64,000 nucleotides of DNA from Hyaloraphidium curvatum SAG 235-1 (GCA_025558095.1 JAIVFI010000012.1:620001-684000); one strand, 5' to 3'. Positions 10,986-22,115 are shown, counted from the first letter of the stretch. The notes: a model not told the origin generated them from the letters alone. Made by a program: numbers and translations.

Positions 10986-12561
10986 TCACCTCCTCGGGCA
11001 CGCAAACTCCATCGTCGCGGTTATTCCCAACCCCCTCAGCACGCTCCACATGCCCACGGCCAGCGTCACGATCGTCACCACGCTCGTCCGCACCGTGCCC
11101 TGCCCCACCTGGAACCCGAGCAGCCGCGCGCCCCCGGCCTCGGCCTGCGCGAGGCACCCCGAAAGCGCGTCGCAGTGCGCCCGCAGCCACCCGCCGGTCT
11201 GCCACCGCGGGTCGGAGGGGGTGGCTGGGGTGCATTCCGCCGCGAGGAACCGCAGGCGCTGCCGCGCGGAGAGGTACAGCCCGCGGGCGTCGAAGATCCG
11301 GCGGTTGGAGGCGGCGGCGTTGTTGAGCACGACGGCAAAGAGGAGCAGGGACATGAGGGCGGTGGAAAGGGCGGGACCTGGGACGCACGAGCCGACGATC
11401 TGATGGGGACGGTGAGAAGTCCGCTGCGATGCACACGGGACAGAGCCCGCCTACCATGTTGACGGCTGCTGCCAGCGAGCCGTAAACGATGAGCGGAAGC
11501 GCGAGGTTGGTGAACCAGTTCGTGTGCGCGGCGGCGTTCCAACCCTCGGCAAACCGCTCGTGCAGCCAAACGTAGTCCTCCTGCTTCCCGTGATCCAGTT
11601 CCGGCGGTTTTCCCTGGTTCGCCGATTCCACTGCCGATTCGGCCTTGGCCTGCAGGGCATCGAGCGCGAGGACGAGGGCGCGGCGGTGCAGCCTCCGCAG
11701 CACCTCCGCGTTCCAGTTTTGCGGCCCGAGGAAATCGTAGAGGAGGAACAGGTTCGCAAGAAAATTGTAGTAGACGTCGCACGCGAGCGCCAGCGCCATC
11801 AGCACGGCGGACCACCCGTGGCCCCAGATCCGTGGCGCCCAGGTCACGAGTAGCGTCCAGTTCGGCATGACGGTGGTGAGGAAGGAAAAGGCGGCCGTGT
11901 AGAGCGGCATCAGCACCAGCTTCGCGCGGCCGGCTGCCTTGGCGGAAGCCCCCGAGCAGCCCTTGCGCGGGCACGTGCAGAGCGGGCCGTCCTCGTCGCG
12001 GTGCGCCACCAGCGGACTCGTCCGTTGGGAGCCCAGCAGCTGGTTCCGCCTCACGAACGTGCACAATGGGTTGACGGCAGGCGAGTACGGCTGGATCGCC
12101 CCGAGGTCCTTTGCCCGCTCCGCGGCCCGCACGTCCCAGTAGACACGCGCCATGCGGACCGCCTCGGCGATGAACACCACGGCTCCGACGCCGACCGCGG
12201 CCCACAGCTGCGCCGCGCCAAAGTACCCGTCGTTCAGCAGGGCCGACGCCGCCAAGTACAGCGCCAGGATTGCCGCAAACTGCACGACCCCCAAAGCCCA
12301 GCCCAGCGAGCGCGGCAGCGGCCAGTGCGCCTGCGGCGCGCTCAGGACGCGCAGCAGCCCGTCGTCGAGCCCCGCGAGGAGCGCCCGGCCGTCCACCGGG
12401 TCCGCGGCGCGCGCCTCCGCCGCGGGGTCCGCGGAGCCGCGGTCGGACGGCGGGAACGGGAACAGCGCGAGGAGCTCGGCGGCGGTCAGGAGCGGGGCGC
12501 GGAGGGGCCGCGGTCCGGAGGGCTTTTCCGGCAGCCCGTCTTCGGCGCGTTCGGGGTCCAT
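10986..12561 (-). CDS. Multi-pass membrane protein, paralog of 22209-23720 (GRL/DUF3537-like C-terminus); 2 exons
   Basis: Intron 11400-11454 joins ..AAAVNM to IVGSCVPG..; about 7 hydrophobic segments; CTCPRKGC motif; C-terminal ARLLGFQVGQGTVRTSVVTIVTLAVGMWSVLR..ACP. Confidence 0.75.
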
Positions 12562-12771
12562 GGCTTGGATGGCGGCGTGGGGGGCGGAAGTGACAGTGAG
12601 CCTTGGGCGGCGGAGCTTTCTGCGATTCCGACACGCAAGTTCTGACCACAGGACAATCGAAGGCTTAAAGAAAGAGTTTGATGATTCGCTTGCAAAGGCG
12701 CTGGTACCCTTGGTATTGCGTGCAGGCCCACGTGGGGCTACCAGTCGATCTGCCTTCCAGTGCCCGGCCGC

Positions 12772-14415
12772 CTAGCGATTCCTCGGGCTTCCCCCCCTCG
12801 GATCCCCCTCCGTCGTCCTCTCCCACGCGACCCTCGCCGACGGGCTCATGAAATTCCTCGCCGACGCCGTCCTCGCGTCCCCCGTCACCGTCCTCTGCCC
12901 CGCGAGCGCGTCGGCGGTCATCGTCGACACCGCCGCGGACCGCCTGCCCTGCTCCCGGAGCGAGCGGAGGCACGCCCGCACGTCTTCCAGCAGGGGGTCG
13001 CGGAGCGGGCCGGGGGGGAGGGCGAGGATCGCGCGCTCGAGGTCGCGCAGGGCGGAATGCGAGGCGGCGCGGTCGGAGAAGGGGAGCGAGGCGGCGCGGA
13101 TCGCCTCGGCGGCGTCGATGCGGAGCTTCTGGAGGGCGACGGCGGGGTCCGCTGCCGCGCCGGCGGGCGCGGAGTCGTCGCGCGAGATCGAGAGGGGGAA
13201 CGAGGCGACGACGGTGGTGCCCGAGGCGTCGGGGGCCGAGTGCTCGAACTCGACGGCCAGGATGGGAAGCCGTCCGGCTGCCCCGGCAGGGAGCGAGATC
13301 TCGACGACCACGTCGCGCTGCTCGCCGCGGTACAGGTCCGGCAGGCCGACCGAAACTTCCCTCGGGGAGGCCCGCGCGGTGGGGTATCCGCTCCAGATCC
13401 TCGTGATCTCCGCATCCCGCCCTGCCTCGGCGGGGACCTTGAGGCGGAGCGTGCAGTCCACGTACATGCGGCCCCGCACCGCGCCAGCGACCCCCGCCAA
13501 GGCCCCGCGGATCATGTCGGCGCTGTGGATGAATGTGTACACGCCGCCCGAGGAAGCGAGGGAGGAGAGCAGGCCGGCGTCGTGCTCGTCGCCGACGCCA
13601 AAGGTGAACACCGGGACGAAGAGCGAGGCCGAAATGGCCTTGAGTTCCGCGACGGTTTCGCCCGAGATGCGGTCCTCGCCGTCCGAAAGCAGCACGATGG
13701 CCGACGCCGTCGCGTTCCCGGTCGGCCTGACGACTTCCAGGCCCAGCCGCAGCCCGTCCGCGATTTCCGTCCCCCGTCCGGTCCGGAGCGCGTCCATGGC
13801 CGCGTAGGCGCGCACGGTGCCGGCATCGTCCGACAGCCTGGTCAGCGGGAGCAGCACCCTCGCGGCGCGGTCGAACGCGACGATGGCCAGGCGGTCGCCG
13901 TCCTGCGAGAGCTCCTCGGAGATGGCGTAGCGCAGCGCGTCCTTGGCCCGCTCCATGCGGCGGCCCTGCATGGAGGAGCTGCGGTCCAGCACGACGACGA
14001 GGTCGATGGGCCGCGTGGGGGTATTTGCGGCGAGTGGGGCGCGCACGGTGGCGAGCACCGAGACGCGGGCGGGGGAGCTGGCGGCGACGGTGGCGAACTC
14101 GGGCACGAGGTCGATGGTCGGAGGCGCGACGGCCGGGCGGGGCGGAGCGGGGGAGGGGATGGGCGGCGGCGCGGGCGCCCGGGCGGGCGGCGCTGCGGCC
14201 GCGGGCGACAGCGCCGACGCGTCGAGGCCCAGCGGCTGCCGGCACATCGGGCACGTCGCGCGCCGGTTGCTCCTCAGCAGGTCCTGCAGGCAGTTGTAGT
14301 GCGTGCGGTGGCCGCAGCCCGCCTCGACGATGGCGCGCCCGCCGCGGCGCTGCAGCTCCGAGAGGCAGATGGGGCACAGGTCGGGGCCAGATGAGGTGGC
14401 GCTCGGGGCGGGCAT
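12772..14415 (-). CDS. RING-H2 + von Willebrand A domain protein (putative E3 ligase, WAV3-like architecture); intronless
   Basis: CPIC..GCGHRTHYNC..CPMCR RING; DLVVVLDRSSSM MIDAS, GTEIADGL, IVLLSDGED, VFTFGVGDEHD. Confidence 0.88.
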   Translation of the reverse strand: MPAPSATSSGPDLCPICLSELQRRGGRAIVEAGCGHRTHYNCLQDLLRSNRRATCPMCRQPLGLDASALSPAAAAPPARAPAPPPIPSPAPPRPAVAPPTIDLVPEFATVAASSPARVSVLATVRAPLAANTPTRPIDLVVVLDRSSSMQGRRMERAKDALRYAISEELSQDGDRLAIVAFDRAARVLLPLTRLSDDAGTVRAYAAMDALRTGRGTEIADGLRLGLEVVRPTGNATASAIVLLSDGEDRISGETVAELKAISASLFVPVFTFGVGDEHDAGLLSSLASSGGVYTFIHSADMIRGALAGVAGAVRGRMYVDCTLRLKVPAEAGRDAEITRIWSGYPTARASPREVSVGLPDLYRGEQRDVVVEISLPAGAAGRLPILAVEFEHSAPDASGTTVVASFPLSISRDDSAPAGAAADPAVALQKLRIDAAEAIRAASLPFSDRAASHSALRDLERAILALPPGPLRDPLLEDVRACLRSLREQGRRSAAVSTMTADALAGQRTVTGDARTASARNFMSPSARVAWERTTEGDPRGGSPRNR

Positions 14416-15301
14416 CGTCGCGGGGCGAGTCGGGGGAGGTTGAGAGTGGCGCTGCGATGCGTGGCTGGGACCCTGTTTACTCAGTCGCCGTGGCTCCCCC
14501 TTAGCCGCCACCAACCACCGGAACTGCGGCAGATCGCAACCCTGCACGCCGCGTCCGAAATCACGTCCAGCGCGTCCGCTGTTTTCCGGGTCCGGTGGGC
14601 GATGGGCGGGGCGGAACTTGTGGAGTGGTCGATGATGTGTAGGTATCGCGCAGTAGATTCGCTCCTTCCCATCCCACAGAAACACTGCAGTGCTCGGCCG
14701 GGAGCGGCCGGAGTGGCCCGGGGCGCCCAATGAAGCATCATGGGACCGGATTCGTCCTATGAAGTGATAAATGGACGCTGCCCTGCTTGCACGAGTGGCG
14801 GGATGGGTTGCGGGATCCGGGGCTGCGAGGGGCGGGGCCGGCGGTGGGGCGCGCGTCCAAAACCATGACGCGCGGAACCGCCCCAGCGACCGCGTCCGAC
14901 GCCCGCAGACCCCGCAGCGCCGCTTGGTCCACGTATTGAAGTGTGCCGCGTGGGCTGCGCGGGCGCCGGAGAAGCGCGGGGACGGGTGGGAGGTTGCCCG
15001 GCTGGCGGCACCCCCCTCGGCGGTAACTCACCCCGAACCCTCGCTCCTTCCGCGGCAGGGCCAAAACATCGGCGGCGGCGTAGCACGATGGAGGACGCCA
15101 AGTTGGACGGCGCGGGCGGAGTGGGCGGGCGGCTGCGCGGTGGCGGGACGGTAGCTCGGGGTTTCCGACATCGGCCATTTCTCGGCCGCAACGCACCGTA
15201 CGTGCCCGGACGACCCCGGAACGTGACCGCAGGGGGTCGATTCCACGCCAAAGATGGTGTCAGATTCCAAAAATGCCCACTTCCCGTGGAGCTGGCCGGG
15301 G

Positions 15302-15339
15302 GGCGTCCAAAACCTCCACCGGCGTCCAAAACCTCCACC
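15302..15339. repeat. Perfect 19-bp tandem duplication (GGCGTCCAAAACCTCCACC x2)
   Basis: Read directly at 15302-15320 and 15321-15339. Confidence 0.85.
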
Positions 15340-15701
15340 CGGCAGACCCCACACCGGCTCGCCGGCCGTGGCGAGGGCAAACGCCAGCCAGAGGGCGAAG
15401 TTGACCGAGTGCGAGAGCACGATGGCCGCGAAGCCGGCGGCGAGCGCGGTCGGCGTGTACAGCGGCGCCGGCGCGGCCGCGTTCCGGCCCCACGACGACG
15501 CGAGCAGCGCCCGTTTCCGCGAGCCGGTCTCGAGGTCCGTGTCCGTGCCGAGGAGCTCCCCGATGCGCGCGCGCCATGCTCGGTGCTGCGGTATAAGGTT
15601 GCACCGCTGCATTGCCACGCCTCGCATCGGGTAGTCATCGATCGCCCGAGGTCTCCGCGGCCGAGTCATGTCCGGCAGGCCCGCGAACGCCTCCGTCCGT
15701 C

Positions 15702-16688
15702 CCCGACGCCAGGACTGCCCAGCCTAGCGGCACCCGGAGGTACGGTCAGGCCGGGGTCGCCGGCGTCGGGTACCCGTCCCGTCCGCGACGGCTACGTGTC
15801 CTAACGAGTGGCGCCCGGCCGCACGTCCGTCGGCCCCCGACGCTCGTCTGCGCACAGTGCGACGGCACCAAAGAGCGCCGTCGCCGCTGCGCGGTGGGCG
15901 TCGGGTACCCCCCCTCCCTCCTCTCCCCTCGTCCGCAGGTCCGTGGTGCGCCTGCGCCTCCCCGGATTCCGTCCCCGTCCTCGGTCCGCGGCCATTCTTG
16001 CCCCCGATGCCCATTTGCATATTCGGCAACGCCGGCGGTTCGCACCGCCGGCGCTGGCGGAGAAGGGCATCGGGTGCCCCGTGCTGCTGCCGTCCGACCC
16101 GGTTGAGCTCGTCCGTGCTTGTCCAGGTCTCCGTGCGACAGGATCGATGGTCGTCCCCAGGCCGCTCCCGATGCACCGAAACTCGCCGGCTACGACGGCA
16201 CCCCTGGCGCCGTCGCACGGAGCTCCGGTGCGTCGGGTACCCCTGCTCGCTCTCCGACGCCTCAGTGTCCGATGGCTCACGAGCCGCCGGCCTGTGGGTC
16301 CGCGAGTCCCCGACGCGAGCACTTTTCCGATTAACGGCACCCGGAAGCGCCGTCAGGTCGAAGATCGCCGGCGTCGGGCACCCGTCTCGCCTCCCTCCGA
16401 CGCCTCCGACCGGACCGAACGGGTGCCCGTGCCACGAGGTCGTAGGTCCCCGACGCCTACGTACCAGGCATGACTTTGACGGCACCGAAAAGTGCCGTCG
16501 CGTCTGAGGAAAGGGCGTCGGGTACCTCCCCTCTCCTGCCCCTCCCTCCCTGCCCTTGTCTGCGACAACCCGAGGGGTGCGCCTCCAGGTCCCGTCCCCG
16601 TCCCCGTCCTACGCTCCCGACGCCAGGGCTTCCACGGCACGCGCCGGCGGCGGGTTGCTGCCGGCGGCCTGGGGCTCCGGGCGTCGGG
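15702..16688. repeat. Hairpin array A: 7 units of CCCGAYGC..[inner stem]..GCRTCGGG(TACCC), period about 134-167 bp
   Basis: Left arms start at about 15702, 15836, 16003, 16167, 16309, 16449, 16616; complementary right arms end about 70 nt later; inner stems such as CGACGGCACC/GGCGCCGTCG. Confidence 0.85.
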
Positions 16689-16940
16689 TGCGCGCCTCTC
16701 CGGGACGCGGCGCGATTCCCCGAATGCAAACGGCGGCACCTCCCGGCGCCGCCGCCGCCGGCCTGCGCGCCGCGTCCTCGGTCTCCTCGAGCGCGTCCGC
16801 TGTTGCCCAGGTCCGGCCAGCGGCGGGGCGGGGACGGGACGTGCGGATGGGTGGATGACCTGTCGGTTCGCCGGGCTTCTCCCCACCGCCGCACAACCAA
16901 TCATCCCCTCCCCATCCATTCCCGTCCCCCACCCCCACGG

Positions 16941-18311
16941 CTAAACCACCAGCCTCAACCCCCCATCCACCACGATCCGCGTCCCCGTCGCCGCCCTGAG
17001 CGCCACGGCGGCCATCACCGCGTCCGCCACCTCGTCGGGCTGCAGCACGCGCCGCAGGGGGGTGCGCGAGGCCGCGAGGTGCAGGTCGGCGGGGCTGCGG
17101 TCGGGGACGAAGGGGGTGTCGACTTGCCGGGCGGGGCGGGGCGGGTCAGCCCCGGAACGGCGGGATGCAAGCGGGGAAGCGGACCCACCGGTCCCGGGTG
17201 CGACCGAGACCACGCGCACCTCGGGCGCCAGCAGCCTCCCCAGGCCCAGCACCATGCTGTCCAACGCGCCCTTGCTCGCCGCGTACGCGACGCCGGGGCC
17301 CTTGCCCGTCTCGCCGGCGATGCTGGTCACGGGCACCACGACGGCGTCGCCGCCGGCCTGGCGGAGGAGGGGGAGCAGCGCGCGGATGCACGAGTAGGGG
17401 CCGACGACGTTGGTGTGCAGGAGGGAGAGGACGGAGGAGGGGGATTCGGGGAGGTTTTGGGAGGGGAGGGCCGGGTGGGTGGCGGCGGCGGTGAGCACGA
17501 GGACGTGCAGGCCGCGGCCGGCGCAGGCGGCGGAGATGGCCAGGGCGGCGGCGAGGATGCTGGCGTCGTCGGCCAGCTCGAGGGGGAATATCTCGTGCGG
17601 GGGCTGGCCTGCGGGCGGCGGGGGCATGGAGGCGAGCAGGGCGCGGGCGCGGTCCAGGCCGGTGCGGTACGAGAGGAGCACGGTCGCTCCGGCGGCGGCG
17701 AGGCGCAGGCACGAGGCGCGGCCGATGCCGGAGGAGCCGCCAATGACGGCGGCGAATTTGCCTGCGAGGGGCCTGAGGGTGGGCGCGGGGAAGGGCAGGA
17801 GAAACAGCGGGGGTTGGGCGGGTGCGGCGGGGGGTTGGGCGGGGGGCGGTTGCGCCTGCTCCTCTGCCCGCTCCTGTACCCGCTCCTGTTCCAGCTCCTG
17901 TTCCGGCTCGGGTTCCAGCTCCTGCACGTGCCCGTGGTTGACCTGCACGGGTTCGATGGCCGCCAGCGGGGCCCCGTGTTGCAGCTCGCCGTACGCGGCC
18001 ACCTCGTCCTCGCCGCCCGCGGGCAGCGCCTTCCTCCCCCGCGCGCGCCTCCCACCCCTCCCGCGCGGCACCGCCGCCGCTGCCGTCACGACCATCTCCG
18101 CCGACGCGCTGCCGCCCTCCATCGGCCCGTCGTCCTCCATCGGAAACGCGAACGGGTCGTCCGCGGCCGCCGCGCCGCCGCGGCCCCGCCCGCGCCCGCG
18201 CCCACCGCGGCCACCGCGCCCGGGGGACGGGGCGGCAGAGGAAGAAACGCCGCCGCGGCCGCCGCGCCCGCGGCCGCCCCGGCCCCGGCGGGAGGCGCGT
18301 TTGGGGGGCAT
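16941..18311 (-). CDS. Short-chain dehydrogenase/reductase with a long N-terminal RGG-rich, acidic and Pro-rich extension; 2 exons
   Basis: AAVIGGSSGIG, TNVVG, TSIAG, YAASK (YxxxK), VAPGT|VDTPF across intron 17123-17188, ATGTRIVVDGG; N-terminal MPPKRASRRGRGGRGRGGRGG in the same frame. Confidence 0.85.
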   Translation of the reverse strand: MPPKRASRRGRGGRGRGGRGGVSSSAAPSPGRGGRGGRGRGRGRGGAAAADDPFAFPMEDDGPMEGGSASAEMVVTAAAAVPRGRGGRRARGRKALPAGGEDEVAAYGELQHGAPLAAIEPVQVNHGHVQELEPEPEQELEQERVQERAEEQAQPPPAQPPAAPAQPPLFLLPFPAPTLRPLAGKFAAVIGGSSGIGRASCLRLAAAGATVLLSYRTGLDRARALLASMPPPPAGQPPHEIFPLELADDASILAAALAISAACAGRGLHVLVLTAAATHPALPSQNLPESPSSVLSLLHTNVVGPYSCIRALLPLLRQAGGDAVVVPVTSIAGETGKGPGVAYAASKGALDSMVLGLGRLLAPEVRVVSVAPGTGGSASPLASRRSGADPPRPARQVDTPFVPDRSPADLHLAASRTPLRRVLQPDEVADAVMAAVALRAATGTRIVVDGGLRLVV

Positions 18312-18454
18312 GGAAACGCGTTGTGTGGGGAAAGTCCCTTGGCGCATGCACCGCCGAGAAAGCCGAGGACAGGTCATCGGAGGACACCCGCGGAGGAGGG
18401 CGGATGGGGGGCAGGAAACCGCACGATGGCGATGAAAATGGATGCGTTGGTGCA

Positions 18455-21290
18455 TGGACGCGGGCTGGACGGCGGGCGGGCGGCGCCCTCGGGTGCCGCC
18501 CATGAAAGCACCTGGCCCGCGTCATGGCCGCACCCAGGAACAAGCGTACCCGGCTCGCCTGCCTCCCACGCCGACGCCCCGCGGTGTCGGTTGTGCTGAA
18601 GTCGCGGTGACGCCGCGGACGGCATCGGGCGGTTCCGCGTCGGGGACGAGCAAGGTCGGCAGGGGGAGCACGCCCCGACGCGGGGGCCGCTACCAGGCGA
18701 TACCTGCCCGGGCAGGCATCAGGCGCTTCGCATTCTTGTGGCGTATCCTGCGTCGGGGATGCTTCCGGACAAGGCATCGGACGCGGGGCTTTCGCGGACG
18801 GGGGCAGCGCCCGGATATGAGGCGTCGCCGCGGATCTCGGTTCATAGAACCCCGCGTCCGGCAAACCACATGCATGGGTACCCGGCCTCTGGCCTCATCC
18901 CGCCGACGACACCGACTGTTGGTGCAACGGGAGCGCGTGGTTCAGGAACGTCGGCGGGTAAAGGACGCCCCGACGCGGGAGGGGCCGGGAGGCGATGCCC
19001 GCCAGTGCGGGCATTTCTTCACGGCGTCTCTTCTTGCGTCGGGTTCCTGGCAGACGTGCATCGGACGCGGGGCTCATCGGACAGACGGGGGCAGCGCCTC
19101 GGGAGGCGTTGCCACAGAGTGCGAATGGAATGAGCCTCGCGTCCCGGCATCACCACATGCAGCGTACCCGGCCCCTCGCCTCCTTCTGTCGACGGCAGAA
19201 GCAGTCGGGGAACGGGATGGGAGGAAGCCGGGGACGGCATCGGACGTTTCCTCGTTTGGGACGATCGAGGTCGGGAAGGTGAAGGCCGCCCCGACGCGGA
19301 AGGCGCCACCAAGCGATGTCTGCCCCGGCAGGCATTGTTCGTGGTCGGTCCAGCGTCGGAATGGCTCGTGGACAAGGCGTCGGACGCGTGGCTCTGGAGA
19401 ACGGGGGCGGCGCCTCGGGAGGCGCCTCCTTTTCGGGTTGTGTTTTGGATCCCCGCGTCCGGCTGCAAAGCACCCAGCGTACCCGGCGGCTCACCTGGCT
19501 CCGGCGATGACACCATCTGTTTGCATCACGGCGTCGTTTTCAGCCGCCGGGGACGGCATCCAACGGCATCGGGGTTGCAGCGAGCAAGGTCGGGAAGCGA
19601 CGCCCCACCGACGCGGGCGGCTCCACCGGGCGATGTCTGCCCCGGTAGGCATTTCCGCGGAACAGGCGGTCCGCTTCGGGAATAACCTGTGGATGTGGCG
19701 TGGGACGCGGGGTTCCGCCGGGAGTGCAGCGCCTCTGGAGGCGTCGTCCTGCGCATCCAAACGGCCGAAGAACCCGCGTCCGGCTTCGCCAAGATCGCCG
19801 GGGAGTACCCGGCCCCGCCGCTCCCGGGGACGGCATCAGACGGTCGACGGACGGAGTCGATTTAGGTCGGGAATGGCGCCCCACCGACGCGGGAGGCGCT
19901 GCCGGATGGATGCTCGCCCAGGCGAGCAATTTCTTCCCGGGCTGGCTGCTTCTTGCGTCGATTAGAGCGCTGCGGACGTGCGACGGATGCGGGGCTTCGT
20001 GGGACAAGGCCACGCCTTGGGAGGCGTCGCCAACATTCGACAAGGATCGCCCGGCATCACCACGGCACAGCGTCCCCGGCCTTTGGCATCCCTGCACCGA
20101 TGGCTCGGGCTGTCGGTGCAGGGGGCCCAACGACCGGTGACGGAATCGGATAACGCGACGTTTCGGGGCCGGAACGAACGGTTCGGGATCGGAGGCCCGA
20201 TGCGGAGGCATTCCCTGTGTGATGCCCGTTGGCGAGGTGACGCAGGGGACGGCACCGAGCGTATCCGCGGCGGGACGATCGAGGTCGGCAGGGTAGGAAT
20301 ACCGACGCGGGCGGCGCTACCAGGTGATGCCCGCCGGTACTGGTATTGCTTGAACGCTGTTGTTCGCGTCGGGGTGGGTTCGAAGGCGTGGCATCGGACG
20401 CGGGGCTCGGGGACGAGGACAGCGCCTCGGGAGGCGTCGCCGTCGCACCTGCGGGAAATCCCCGCGTCCGGCATCACCACATGCAGGGTACCCGGCCTCT
20501 TTTGTTCCTACGCTGACGGCCGGGCTGCCGTCAGCGGGATGAGGATAACGAGCGATAGGCCGGGGACGGGCATCGGCTGTTCCGGGACGTCGGCATGCAA
20601 GCTCGGGACCGGACGCCCCGACGCGGGAGGTGCTCCCGGACTATGCTTGTCTTTGCGGGCATTGGCTTCTGGCGCTTCACGCGCGTTGTCGAAGATCCGT
20701 CCGCGGACATGGCATCGGACGCGAGGCCTGCCCTGCACGGGGGCGCCCGGGAGTCCGAGGCGCCGTGGAGTGCTCATGCCTAGGCCCCGCGTCCGGCCGG
20801 GAGCGTACTCGCTCCAAAGCTTACCTTCGCCGACAGCCGGCGCTGTTGGTGAAGATGAAGCTGACGTGCGGTGTCGCTGTTGGGCGTTTTCGTGGCGGAG
20901 AAGGGCGAGGATGGAATCGGACGCCGCCCCGCCGGCGCGATGTGGCATCGATGCTCCTTTCAAGTTACGGCCCGTTCATCCTCTCGCGCTGATGGAGTGT
21001 TTCATCGGACGTGCGACAGACGCGGGGTTTCGTGGAGGAGGGCAGCTGCGCCTGAAGAGGCGCCGCTGTCCTCGCCGTAGAGTCCCGCGTCAATGAGCGT
21101 CACCACCGCGCAGCTGTCGGCAGCGTGACGAGCCACTTGCGTCACTCCACCAACGGCTGATGTCGTCGGTGCTGTGTAGGCGGATGGGCCGGGGACGACA
21201 TCGGGCTGTTTCCAGACCGGGTAAGCGAGGTCTGGAACGGATGCCCCGACGCAAGGTGCGATCCCGGGCCTGCCTGGCGGACATCGTCTT
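18455..21290. repeat. Hairpin array B: about 9-10 degenerate units of roughly 300 bp, each with three two-tier hairpins
   Basis: Recurrent CCGACGC..GATGYYYGC/GCRRGCAT..GCGTCGG; CGGACGCGGGG..GCGCCTC/GAGGCG..CCCCGCGTCCG; GTACCCGGC..GCCGGGGAC; unit starts about 18673, 18968, 19291, 19608, 19884, 20302, 20616, 20920, 21244, plus a partial unit at 18455. Confidence 0.88.
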
Positions 21291-21728
21291 CTCGAAGGCC
21301 CTTGCGCTCGGGACCATTCACACCAGGACGGGGGCCGGCGCGCCGGACGCGGGATCCGACACGGTGCGGCGGCGCGCGCCACAGCGGCGCCTCCCCCGGA
21401 CGATCTCGCGTCCCGCACCGCCGAATCTCGCGCTCGGCTTCGGACGACCTATCGCCGACAGCATCCAACCATCGGGGAAGCGGGGCGACGTGAAGCCCGG
21501 GACAGAACTCCGACGGCCACGGACCGGGGAACCTTCGGCAACATCGGAATCGGGATCGGGGAGCCCGGACATGACGCGGGCTCGCTACGCGATTGGTGCC
21601 GGCCGGGGCAGGCACTAGGTTGCGTTTCCGGTTCTCGCGTCGGGATAGCCCGCGGACGTGAACCCTGGGATCTGCGGCCAAGCCGACCGTCCGCTCCCCG
21701 CTCCGTTTTCCTCATCTCAATACGCAGC

Positions 21729-22115
21729 TCAACAATCCGGCAAATTGTACCTCGTCATCCCCGCATCCAACTCGGGCTCCCCGCTTTCGACCTCCTCCGC
21801 CGTCGCCTGCACCCTGACCCTGAACAGCGTCGCGCACGGCCTCCTCTCGCCCGGCAGGTACGCCGCCGGCCTCGCCCCCGGCGCGTACGGATTGTCCCTC
21901 TCCGGGCGATAATCCCACACGGCGCCCAGCGCGGCCTCGGTGGCGGGGCGGAGGTCGGCGGGGGCGAGCGCGCGCACGCGGGGGCCGCCGTCCTCGCCGT
22001 TCCAGACGACGAGGACGTCCAGCTCCGGGGGCCGGGCGCGGAGGGCGGCGAGTTGGGAGCGGAGGAGGGCGATTTCGGCGCGGAGGGTGGAGAGCTCGTC
22101 CGGGGACGCGGCCAT
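21729..22115 (-). CDS. Small hypothetical protein (128 aa) with an N-terminal coiled coil
   Basis: ATG 22115; ELSTLRAEIALLRSQLAALR heptads; protein-like composition and GC3-rich codons. Confidence 0.55.
   Translation of the reverse strand: MAASPDELSTLRAEIALLRSQLAALRARPPELDVLVVWNGEDGGPRVRALAPADLRPATEAALGAVWDYRPERDNPYAPGARPAAYLPGERRPCATLFRVRVQATAEEVESGEPELDAGMTRYNLPDC

Noticed and set aside
15360-15630. Hydrophobic minus-strand peptide (LYTPTALAAGFAAIVLSHSVNFALWLAFALA)
   Set aside because: May be a gene fragment, but no convincing start, continuation or family could be established
18442-21096. Long ORFs (507 aa and 372 aa) across array B
   Set aside because: Arg/Gly/Ala/Pro-rich, the repeat units fall in different frames and no domain is recognisable; expected by chance at this GC
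15702-21290. CRISPR array interpretation of the repeat/unique alternation
   Set aside because: Repeats are degenerate split inverted arms rather than identical 23-47 bp direct repeats; no cas genes; eukaryotic context
18455-21290. Canonical H/ACA snoRNA cluster
   Set aside because: The hairpin geometry fits, but an ANANNA hinge box is not consistent and ACA appears in only some linkers
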